Part shown: piece after piece, positions 25,201 through 37,347 of the stretch
Layout of the letters: every line of letters starts with the position of its first letter
How positions within the stretch are numbered: position 1 is the stretch's first letter
NCBI GenBank assembly: GCA_002633005.1
Contig: NMRA01000333.1
Location: forward strand, 186,001-250,000
Reading direction: 5' to 3'
DNA from: Phoronis australis
Taxonomy: Eukaryota > Animalia > Phoronida
DNA length: 64,000 nucleotides
Program-made: the position numbers and the translations under genes
The notes under the pieces: model-generated
Databases searched by the model: none
Seen by the model: only the letters and a program-made list of their open reading frames with translations
Told to the model about the DNA's origin: nothing

Positions 25201-28200
25201 TTACTGTTATTATTGTTATTATTACTTTATACAGTAACTGTTATTATTGTAAACGCTACACTGATAAACATTATACATTATTGTTGCTATTACTAAATTC
25301 TAAATTTATTGTTATATATAATAAATGTAATTATTTTTGTTTTTTTGATGTTCTTATCATTCACAGAAATCATAGTTTAGCATAATTATTCGCTCAACAT
25401 AAATTTTATTTCAGGGTTTATATTTTGCGGGCTTATATCTCTTCCACAACAGTCGTGTTGACAAGGCTCGGGAATACATCGACCGATTATTGAAAATGAA
25501 CGCTAACTCACCTGAGGGTCTTGTCCTGAAGGGCTGGATAGACCTGCTGTCTGGCAGGGAGTCCTACATGAAAAAGGCAGTGAAATATTTTGACGAGGCT
25601 TTGTCGTGAGTAGATTACTTATTCAGTTGTTTATGGATTTGTGGAGATTGCTATCCCTTATCATGTCACAATGCAATAATATTAAAGTTAAGACTTCTTT
25701 AGTTTAGATTGAATATGATAAAATTGCTCGCATACCCAAGCTGTGTTATTTTCTCATGCTCCTGGGGATTTAAGTAAATTAAGGTGCCGGGAGAAAGTTG
25801 CAGTTATCAGAATGTACAAAATTGTCATTTAGCGGAGAGACAGCATTTGGATACTGAAGTCAAGTGTTGAAGAAACGCAATGCAATCTTTCTTTTGTAAC
25901 TTTCATCTCAACCATTTAACTTTGTATGCATGTGAGAATTTGACTGAAACCAAAAAAATAGGAAAGTATTACTACAATGAACCAGTAGTTGTACACAAGT
26001 ATCGTTTCAAATAATCAGAACTTCAAGATAAAGTTAACATATGAACGTAAAATAACTGAAAACAGTGTACCGGTTATTCAGCCTTCTACTTTTGTAACAA
26101 AATAAACTAAAACTTTGCTGAAGCCTGTGATGAAAGATGCTGTGCAGAGTACTGTGGGATTCAAGTTTGTTTAATGCCAAAACAATATTTAAATCTCTTT
26201 CAGTCAAGAGCAAGTGAAAGACCCTGACGCCCTCTTTGGTAAAGCCAAGTACTTTGAGATGCGCCGTAACTACTCTGGCGCCCTCGAGCTCGTCAATCAG
26301 GTGGTTGTCACATTCCCCAACTTCCTGCCGGCTCTAGTTGAGAAGATTAAGATACAGCTCGCACTGCAGGACTGGGACCAGGTCTCGGAGACGTGTCAGA
26401 GGTAAAGTTATGCACCTCTTTGGGGCTTCTCTTCAACACACTTACGGAATGACGAATTATGAGATAATTATGGTTCATTACTTGGCAGGGACTTGAAAAT
26501 TTGTTTGCCGTTGAAAAGACCATTTTTCACAATCCTGCTTGTGGTGTTGACTGCTATTTTTGCTTGCACCAATATGTGCAGCAATTCTATATTTCTATTG
26601 CCCAAGTGAATTTTATCTTATCTTTGCTGCTGTTTCAGAGCTTTGATTGTGGACTCTAATTGCCTGGAGGCTCTGAGACACCAACTGCTCCATCTGTTGT
26701 GTAGGGATGGAAACTACGCCGAGGTAATACTTCCAGACAGTAGTAGGTCAAAATGATGTAAAAATGAATCAATTTTAGAAGGATTCTGTATAGGTACAAA
26801 GCTAGAGTAATGCATTGAAACTGTAATAAATGTATAATAATAATAGCACTGGAAAAATGTGTGATCAGCGAAGAAATATGAAATCATTGGAGCTATTGTT
26901 GACAGTTGGAACAAATTTGAAAGATTTTCGAACTTTTTATCAAGTTTTTAGGTATTTCAACTTTTTGTTGGCTCTTGGATTTCAAAGATTATCTATTGAT
27001 TCTGATATCAGTTCTTAATCATAATTATCAATGCCTTCACTATAATTTCCATTTCACTTCTCGCTGATATATATTTCATCTCCCCTTTCCTTCCAGTCGG
27101 CCAGTGCCCTGGGTGAGTTACTGGAGACTATGGACAGGGCGGAGCCTAAGAACGCCCAGCTGTACTGTGACATGGCTGCAGTCTTCTCAAGGGTGGTGAG
27201 TGCTAGAGGGGTGCTGAAAGTGTAGCAACAGTGAAGTTTCAGTTGAACTAGAACAACAGTGTGGAACTGATATTAGTTATCGTTCATTGATATTTTGCTG
27301 TCTTCTCTACTACAAATGTTTGGGTGAATGTATTCTTCGGTCGTTGGATGTTAGTTGCAAATGTTCAGCAATAAAAGATTTCTGTCTTGATTAATGACGG
27401 TTCTTTACCAAACTCCATTTTGAACCGAATCCCATAAGATGATGAATTTGATTAGAAGTCGGAACTGTCTAGAATACGTTGCTTGTCAGCTGGGTCAACA
27501 GGAGCTTGTCTTTCACACAATCCTCCATGTTGTAATTGATAAATGTTCCCTCCAAATTCCAAGTGATGACTGTTTGACCTTGACCTTGTGACTATACCTG
27601 CTGTTTGTGTTGTAGGCCGGCCGTAATCCTCTTGTACTTCAGCAGACGTACTATTTGGCCGAGCGCGCTGTCAGTCTGGATAACACTAATGCTGACTATG
27701 TCAACGAACTCGGCTATGAGCTGATGTTACAGGGGAAGACCAAGGATGCTATGAAGTGTTATCGTAATGCCATGAAACTGGATGAGACGAGTGTATCGGC
27801 ACTCACAGGTGGCGCTTTTGTACTACTAGAAAATTAGATATGAATATTGTCAGAAGTGGCGTTTTGTGGCACATGGAACACATATTGTTTGTAGCCAATT
27901 CAAAGTGAAATTTTTGTAAAAATGTGTTCAGTACTCATGAAAATGCAATCAGTGCATGCTGATTACTAGAGTAGTACTTTTTGTCCAAAAAATGTGTCTG
28001 TCCATTCCAAGTATAAGATTTTGATAAACAACCAAAAATATTTTGTAATTTTAATACATTCTAAAACACTGCAGCAATGAAACAATATTTCGCAGTATAT
28101 TTTTAGATTGTGTTTGGCACTTTCTATCCCATAGTTCATTTGGAAATGGCTATTGGAAAAAACATAAAAGTTCTGTTTTCATGAAATTTTATTTTTTGCT

Positions 28201-31200
28201 GTTGTTTCACTTGATTTTACTAATGAAAGCTCATTGACTTGTGTTCAAACTTCATACATAAGTTCACAGTGTCACATTCTGTTTTAGGTATCATTCGTTG
28301 TCAATTACTTGAGGGTCAGCTAGAGGATGCGGCACAGCAACTAGAGTTCCTCAATGAAATTCAGCAGAGTATTGGACGTACTGCTGTGAGTGACTGTTAA
28401 CAGTGTGATCGTATTCTTGAATCTTTATTCAAATTATGTGGTAGGAAACGAAGATTGCTATTTTTGCACTGTATCTTCTGATTAATTGTAACTCAATCAC
28501 TGCGGTATTTATATTATAGGAACAACATGTAAACACTTGCCAGGTGTGGAACCTATGGTGTGTCAAACTTACCAAACACGATTTGTATCGTAGTGACAAA
28601 AAAATGTTGTTGTGTGCCAAACTCCTCAAACATGATTTGTATCACAATGTCAGAATGTTGGATGTCTTACAGTTGTTATGGCAACCTTTTTGTTAACCAC
28701 ACTCCTTCATCCTTACTTCAGATGCAATTCATTCCTTATGCAGTGTTTGCCATGATAAGACCAAAAGTTTACGTCAGAAATAAGCGTTTCCTGTGTCATC
28801 CTGAGAAAGATATGAACCTTCAAGAAAACAAAATGTCCACAACCCTTACCACTATGTCTGCTTCGCGTCTGCTTTCAGGAGCTGTGCTATCTCAGTGCTG
28901 TGTTGGCCAAGAAGCGAAACAAAGAGGCCAGCGTTGTCATCAACCTGCTGAACGAGGCCATTGATTCTCACTTTGAAGAGCTGAAGGGCACCCCACTGAG
29001 CGTTGAGTATTTTGTCAGGATCAACCCCGACTTTCTGGTTCAGATCATCAATGACTACCTGTCATATGCGCCTCAACAGGTGAATTAAATGTCTCAAAAA
29101 AATGAAATTTATAGTCTTTTACAGTCAACGGACAAGCCACATTTTTATTGTTCGTAAACTTTTTCCTGTGTCCTTCATTCCAGGTTTGGCTATTCACTGA
29201 TCGTTAGGGGTAATAAAGCACTTATCTTCTCAGCCATAAACCCTTTTTTCCTTACACAGGCAACTGTTGACAGTTGTGTGACTAAGAGCAGGTTTCGCGC
29301 ATAACTGACCTTGCATGTTAATTTCAAAAGGCCAATTCAGTGTGAATGACTCCCATTATTTACGACAGTATTCAAAATTCTAAGCCACTAAGCGAACTAG
29401 TTACACCCCCCAGGTTTCTGAGAAAATTTGTTTCAAAAGATTGAGTCAGTTACAGATAATTATCATCCCGAACTGAATGTTCATTGCTAGCACGGTTATG
29501 TTGTGTTGAAGTAATAATAACTATTACCCTTCGACAGCCTAGTTTTCTCTAGCTTTTTCCAGTGCCCCGACGAAGAGCCTACGACAGGCTCGAAAGCTAG
29601 GCTCTCGAGAAAAAGTAGGCCTGTGAAAAGTAATACCGGTAATTATATTAAATTAAAGTCTTATCGATTATTAAAGTCCATTGTTGTCTTTCCTGCTCCA
29701 GCCCACTCAGACTGGTCAACCGGTGCCTCCAGTTCTTAAGAAGTGTGCCATGGTACTAGATCCACTCACACGTACTGTGCCCGGCCTGTTAGAGGGGCTC
29801 TTCCTCATGGCTAAGGTCAAGTATCTGGCAGGTAAGGACTGCTCTGTGAGTTGTATCATAGTAGCTTTGATGTCTGAATGTTTTAAATATTTAAATATGT
29901 GTTTGAAATACGGGACATTACGTTTCATTTATAAGTCTATTGGCTGGCATTGATTAGGGGAACACGAACTTGAACTTGGCTAAGGGTGAGCAGAGATGGA
30001 TAGCTAGAGCTGACATGTCCGTCTCAAATGAACTGTAGCCGAGTTAACAGTGCATACGATGGTGTGAAAATACAACAACTGAATAAACTAGCTGCTAGCT
30101 CATTCAATTGTTCTGGCCTTGGAGTCAGCTGAATTCACTGGTAGAAGAGGGTTCAGCGTGTAGTTGTCCATCTGCGCTGGTCCTGAGAATGTCTAGTGAG
30201 AGTCTCAAGAAACACTCATAGCGTATCCTTTTCTCAAATGACCAGAGTGTTTTGAGAGGCTGGGGCTTGCTCTAAAAGTCATGTTTGTGTAGATCATGAC
30301 ATTGTGCACTCAATGTTTAATTAATATAGAATTGTTCGATTATGATTAGTTAACACGACTGCTGCTTAAAACAGACTGCAACACTGATGGACACCTTATG
30401 TCTTTGCGGAATTCTTCTTTGCATCTGAAAAGTTGTGTTTACGGGTCATTTTTCTTTGCGTAGAACTTTGGTCACAATTCACTCTTATTGCAGAGAAAAT
30501 TTGAGTTTTGAAGCTCCAGTGCAGATATCGAGGATTTTTCAACAAAGTTGTTGGGCTTAGGTGGGGATCAATTAAAAGAACCGCGTCTATATTTTGTGTG
30601 GGATATTGTGAGCATAGGGTGAAGCAGTTGAATGAGAAAAGCTCCCTCTGTGGAGCATTAAGAGAGACAGTTGTGCAGTATCTGAAAAACAGTCAATCCT
30701 CTGCAAAAAACTTTGGGATTCCTGCAATGCAAAGATCGTCTTAAGTTAGCAGTAAAACCTTTTTCTGGTGTTCATTCTTCAGAGAATTTGTAAAAACATT
30801 TTGAGACACCGGGTATATCTCGCTCCAGGTGATATCGACGCTGCTCAGAGTACACTACAACATTGTCTGGATCAGGAGTCTACATTCTCTGATGCTCATA
30901 TCTTGATGGCTCAGATCCATCTGAACCAAGGTAACTTCAAGATGGCCAACCAGTCGTTGGAAGTCGGCCTCAGCTATAACTTTGAGGTGAGTTGAGACAA
31001 AGCCGCATGTGTCCTTAAGCATTGCTCGCAGACTCATTTCTAGAAATTGTTTCTAATGTAGTTTTCAAATCATATTATAGATAAATTCGATCAAAAAATT
31101 CCTACAGTACTGACTGTCTTTTCTGAGGATTTTTGACAAGTCTTGCTGTTTTCTTGAAAATCACTATTTATAGAAAGGTAGACAATTCAAATTATAATTT

Positions 31201-34200
31201 AATTGATTTTATAGCTCTTTCTGAAGTATTGACATTAATAGTATTAGGATGCATATTATAATTAGTATTGAAATAGCACTTGTATTGCCAACATGACTTG
31301 CTTAATTAGTTCAATATTCCAAGACACTATTGAAATCAGTTTAATTGAATTTATGAAACCCTGTTACAAATGACCTGTTAGTAAAATCATTATCAGCCAA
31401 GTAAGTCTTTTAGCAGCAGCTTTTGGTGCCATAGAATAGTATTGTGAAGTCTGATTTGGCTGCATTGCATACTTCTTTATTCATCCAGGTAGGTGCTGCC
31501 CTCCATTGGTGTCAGTGTCAAACTTAATGTCACTCTAAGTAACATTGCATCACTGCATCAAGTCTCATTCATATTCTTCTATTTCCTGTTATTTTCTCAC
31601 CTCCACAGGTGCGAGAACACCCTATTTACCACCTGATCAAGGCACGCATCGCCAAGAAACAGGAAAACTATGAAGAAGCTGTGAAGACTCTCCAAGTAGC
31701 CATGGGACTCCCGGGAATAAAGTCAGGTAACTATGACTTTTCTATACTAGAAACAAATCTAAACTGCCATACACACTGCATGTATTGCAGGAACAGGTAG
31801 TTTTCATAATTAACTAGAAAATGTCAAAAGTTGTTGAAGTTTTGATGCACTAAACTATGACTAATATCCATTTTCTTTTCGACTAAAACCTGTTTCAATT
31901 CTGGTTAAATCATTTTGTTGAAATTGAGACAAATTTGTGTTTCAAGCAATTGGCAGCTGGCCATAGTAACGTTACATAAAACTGTAACTAAGATTCAACA
32001 AAAATGTTACTGCGCAGGTTTGCCTAAGTTGGGCAGATTCTGACAGCTCTAGCAAAGTCTGTCCTCTCAGTTGATTTTGAAAACTACTGTTGGTTTTTAT
32101 TGCAGGAAAGCAAAAACCTGTTGCCAGACACAGCTAGTTAATATATTGAAGGTTGAACTTACACTGGGCAGTGTTCATTGAAATTTGCCCTGTTGCCCAA
32201 TAAAACATTGGTCAATATCTTTGTATCCCTGTGTTGGCATCTGCCCTGGTAATTGTATTACCTGACTGTGCAACCCTGGTTAATATTGTATACCTGACTG
32301 TGCAGTCACAGTTGTCTTAATATTGTACACCTGGCTGAAGCTATGGTGGCAGCAAATGATTGGGAGAATAATCTGTTTAGGCATAACATTCTTGCTTTCA
32401 AACCTTGTTCACAAAAATTGGCCGTTTTTCGCAATATTCCGCATTTGTCTGGTGTTATTTTGTTATGCATAAAATTTTGACTTAAAAAAGTAGCAACGTA
32501 GGCTCATTATATTAATTTTATTTTTGTAATCCCTGATGTTTTTCTTTCAGAAAAATATACTTTAACAACCCTGTTTTTGATGCATGTATATGAGCTAGAA
32601 TGTAGGTCATTGAATAAGGTTTGAGATTTGAGATAATCTTGAAGGAAGTGCGAGAACTTCTCAACTGGAGTCCATAAATGGTTAGTTTTTTGTTTGTCAA
32701 GCCATGCTTTCAGCCTCTTTAAAGCTTCCATTCGTTGCTTACCTGCATCTGGCCTGGAATTCTCATTCATCAAACTCTGATTTAAAATGTTGGTGTAAAG
32801 TTTGACCTAGATTTCATATTGACCTACATTCGAGATTTACGGTGAGCTCAAACTTTGATGAGATGGGAATCTGTGTCTCAATACAGAGATGGCGTCCCAG
32901 CCCACACCATACTCACATGTTGAACTCAAACTTGATGAGATCAGAGTCTATGTCTCTCTAAAGAGATGTAGTCCCAGCCCACTCTATACTCACATGTTGA
33001 GCTCAAACCTTGATGAGATCAGAGTTTGTGTCTCACTAAAGAGATGCAGTCCCAACTCACACCATCGTCAATTTTCTTAAATTTTTTGCTAACCTTTGTG
33101 TGTTTATCTCAGGTCGTTCAAGCAGTGCCAAATCAAGGCCTAAGACAACTATCAGTGTCAATGATCGTGTGTCTGTGTTCCTTGAACTTGCTGACGCCCA
33201 CAGACAGCTGGGTGAACAGGTAATGAGATGATTAGTATGTCACGGACAGGACTGTTTTCCGTAGAGGCAAGAATTCAGCGAGTAAACCTAGTGAAGTCGT
33301 GTGCTTCATTTGTAATGCATGGCGATACCTCACGAAAGTCTTCTATGATCTCACGTTTTCACAAGGTTCCTGTGTCTTTGAAACGCAACCCTGATTACAT
33401 TGTGTGCCCAATTATCCTGAACGGGCTCACTTGTTTGTCTGAAAGTTGTGCGTAGGTCAAGGTTGCAATGTTCCTTTTCCAGTTGATAAATGATTTGAAA
33501 TACTTATTAGGTTTTAAAATTCACTTTTCTGCTTTCCTTTAGTAATACCTGAGCTGGGCATACACAATGCATGTGATACAACCATCTAATTCAGAACCCC
33601 GTTGTTTGTGTAACGTGCCTAAAGTACTTTGTTTTACATGTTGTGTTTTCTGCTAACTTTTCATCCACAACATAAATTATTGGACACTTCATTATGAACA
33701 TTGTTTGTCAGAAGTATATGTCTTCTGAGTGTCTCACTCAAAAATCAATTTATTTGAAAGTCTGAGTGACGTTTTGTTTTATTAATTGCTTTGTTGTACA
33801 GTGTAAGAATCATTGACAACTGCCTTACAGCACGAAGCCACAAAAGTCATGCAAGATGCAATCAACGAGTTCCATGGCACTCCCGAAGAAGTGCGCATCT
33901 CCATCGCGAACTCGGAGTTCGCTCTCAACCGGGGTGACATAGAGGGCGCTCTCGGGCAGTTGCGCACTATTACACCAGATCAGCCTTATTTCATTCAGGC
34001 GCGGGAAAAAATGGCAGAAATCTATCTGCATCATCGAAAGGACAAGAGGTTGTATGTGGGGTGTTACAGGTGAGGTTTTTGAAGTGTCCTACCTTAAATA
34101 AATTAGAAGTTTAAGTAATGTGTAATATGACAACAGTTTTCAAATGTTGACGTTACTTCTCATTGAAAATCAATTTTTGTTACACGGCAGTTTTAAGTGA

Positions 34201-37200
34201 ACACAAAATATGCGTAGGAATCTTTGAATGCACACATACAATGACCGAGGCTGGTAATGAACAGATGTTCTGTTTGTCAGGGCACAATATGGCACCAATT
34301 GAAATTTGACTTTTTTCATAAAAGACATGTAACCCCCGAATTAATTTGTTGCTGATGTTAAAACGAGACTGGAAGCTCTTGGTGGTCTAAAAATCTGCCA
34401 CTTCAAAAATAAGATAATTTAAGTTTGAGACTGTTGAACTAGCCAAATGTACCCTCGGTGAACTCTACCAAATCACTGTATGATCATGGTAAGCTAGAAG
34501 TGAGCACACTTTGTTGGATTAACCAAAATGTGCTTAAGAGTAACCCCCGGTGTCTTCATGTCTCCTCTATTTGTTGTAGAGAGTTGGCCGAGAAGCATCC
34601 GAGCTCACACACCCAGCTGTTGCTAGGCGATGCCTACATCAAGATACAGGAGCCAGAAAAAGCCATAGAGGTGTACGAGGCGGCACTGAAGAAGAACCCC
34701 CGGGATGGCAACCTGGCCAGCAAGATTGGCAAGGCATTGGTCAAGACCCACAACTATGGCAAGGTCAGGCCGGGGGGAAACTACCTGTTAATTATTGGAT
34801 AACTTGTATTGTACAGAGGGATGGGTGGTGACGAACTGGTAATAGAATATAGCTGTGTGCCATTCTGATTATTTGTATGGAAATTTTGTGTGAAGGTTAA
34901 TAGTCTACATTGTTTTTAAAATTATCAGCATTTGAATTCGTTCCATGGAATGTTTTGTCTCAAACAAAATTTGGTAATAAAATTATCATTTTTCAAAGCT
35001 GCTTATATGTGAAAAGGGGAGAAATCCATGCTTGTCTAATTTTTCCAACAGAATGTTTGGTTTATATCAACTTTTCAGAACTAAGCGTTCTCGTTGGTAA
35101 TTATATTTAATGGGGGAAATGTCATGCTATGAACATTGTACTCCAAGTGTGCTAGTAAAGAATATGGTGATGTTTTAACAAAATGTTAATTGCGTTTTGT
35201 AAATGTTCTATGACGGTGATGTCCATCACGTAAATATTTATTTCCGTAGATAGCTTGGATTCCAAACTTACTAATGTAACAGTAGATCATCATTTATCTT
35301 TCACAACACTATCAGAAAGTCTTGTTCACTATTTCCAGGCTATTAGCTACTATGAAGCAGCCCTTCGTAGCGGTGGACAGAGCTTCATGCGTCATGATCT
35401 GGCCGAGCTACTTCTCCGACTACGACAGTTTGAGAAGGCACAGAAAGTGCTCAATCAGGCTCTAGAAACAGATGCAGGTAATGCTGTGATGAACTGATAA
35501 TGCTGACAGACGTGTCATTGGTTCATGAGGCTGAAGTGCTTTAGTTGGTAATTTTGTGAGGTATTTTAGCTGGTTAGCTTGGTTGTTATTTGCTCTGTGA
35601 TCTAACTGTTAAAACAACAGATAACACAGGCATGATGTTATGATTGTTGTTTGCAAAGTCTGTGCCAGGTTACATTGTTGCTTGCAAAGTCTGTGCCAGG
35701 TTACATTGTTGCTTGCAAAGTCTGTGCCAGGTTACATTGTTGCTTGCAAAGTCTGTGCCAGGTTACATTGTTGTTTGCAAAGTCTGTGCCAGGTTACATT
35801 GTTGTTTGCAAAGTCTGTGCCAGGTTACATTGTTGTTTGCAAAGTCTGTGCCAGAACTTTTTCTCAGATCTCCACAGAAGCATCTCTTACTCACCGAGTA
35901 TATGCATTTCAATTGACGTCTGAATGGCTCTGATTGACAGGCTCTGATTGACAGGCTTTAACGATATTTCGTGCACATGTGTACAGATTGTGCTTGCCTT
36001 CAAGTTATTGTGCTGACGATGATGCCCTCTGCTGTGATCCCGTTTTTGATTCAACATATCAATTGGTTTCTGATGATAATTTTGAAACAACCACAAAAAT
36101 TTGGCACAGGTGTTCTGAGTGTAGAGAGCATTTTCTTCTCTTTTAGTGTAATTTTGCTGGCAGTTTTTAAAAAGCTTTTTCCCTACAACAGCACTGACTC
36201 ATACTTTTAAACACTGTCTCCTCTGCAGGTGGTAATCTGGACACCATGATGGACCATGCCAAGTACCTGGTCTTGCTGAGTAAGGTGCACCACAAGACTG
36301 ACCACCTGGACGATGCTATAGCCGCGCTGACCAAGGCACGTGAGATGCAGGCCAGAGTGTTGAAGCGGGTTCAGGTGGAGCAGCCTGATGTCATCTCGGC
36401 GCAGAAACAATTTGCCGCCAGGTACACGTCATGTTTGGGAAACAGAAATGCAGAACATGCCAAAAATGATTCATAAAATGGCCTGTAATTTCCCTGACGT
36501 AACTGCAGAACACAAACAGAGTTCCTTGTTGTCTCAGTAATATTAGCTGTCTGTCATGACTGGAGTGCTGAGTAATGTATTGAAAGATCCACAAGGTGGA
36601 GTGACCATCCTCTAGTAGGGACATGCATTTCATGTCCCTTTTGCTGTGGGCATAATTGGCCATGATGAGGATATGTTACTTAATCTGGGTCCTTTTGGAC
36701 ATGTGTACTGCGTAGAAAGTATTAAACTGGAAAAGTAAACCCTGTAGTGCATTAGCTCCTGGTCTCAATATTTGCCTGTATTGCAACTGCCCAGTGTATA
36801 GCAATTGTATCAACAGAGAACTGACAGTTATGTTGTTGTTGGCTGGACTGGTTTAGTTGATAAAGCAGTGACTGTGGAATTACGGGGATCAACTCCTTGT
36901 CACAACATGCCATTGTTGTCTAGGCCTTTACCATTTTTTCTCATTTCACAACAAATTTGGTCATAAGTACTGAGAAAATAAATCTCACAATTTAATAATT
37001 TTTTCTGATTTTAATAAAACGCACTTCAGTCCAGTGTTTAGCATTTAACATCATGCTTATGTCAGTTTGAGGATTCCATTGAGTAACTTTTAATGTGATT
37101 GGTTGTCGTTATTTAGCTAGTATGTGATTATGCTTCAAGTAAAATGTGACGTGTCTTCCTACAGTATCTGTTGTCAGATGGCAGAGCATGCGTCAGTGCA

Positions 37201-37268
37201 GAGAGATTATGAGAAGGCTATCAAGTTTTATAAAGAGGCTCTTATATACAATGAAACAGACGGCAAGG

Positions 37269-37347
<79 letters not shown>

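Noticed and set aside
35640-35933. Three overlapping Cys-rich repetitive ORFs; the array superficially resembles CRISPR or a repeat protein
   Set aside because: It is a 31-bp head-to-tail minisatellite with no unique spacers, inside a eukaryotic intron; the ORFs are by-products of the repeat.
36841-36900. A-box/B-box-like words suggesting a tRNA gene
   Set aside because: No cloverleaf can be formed; at most a highly decayed SINE head.
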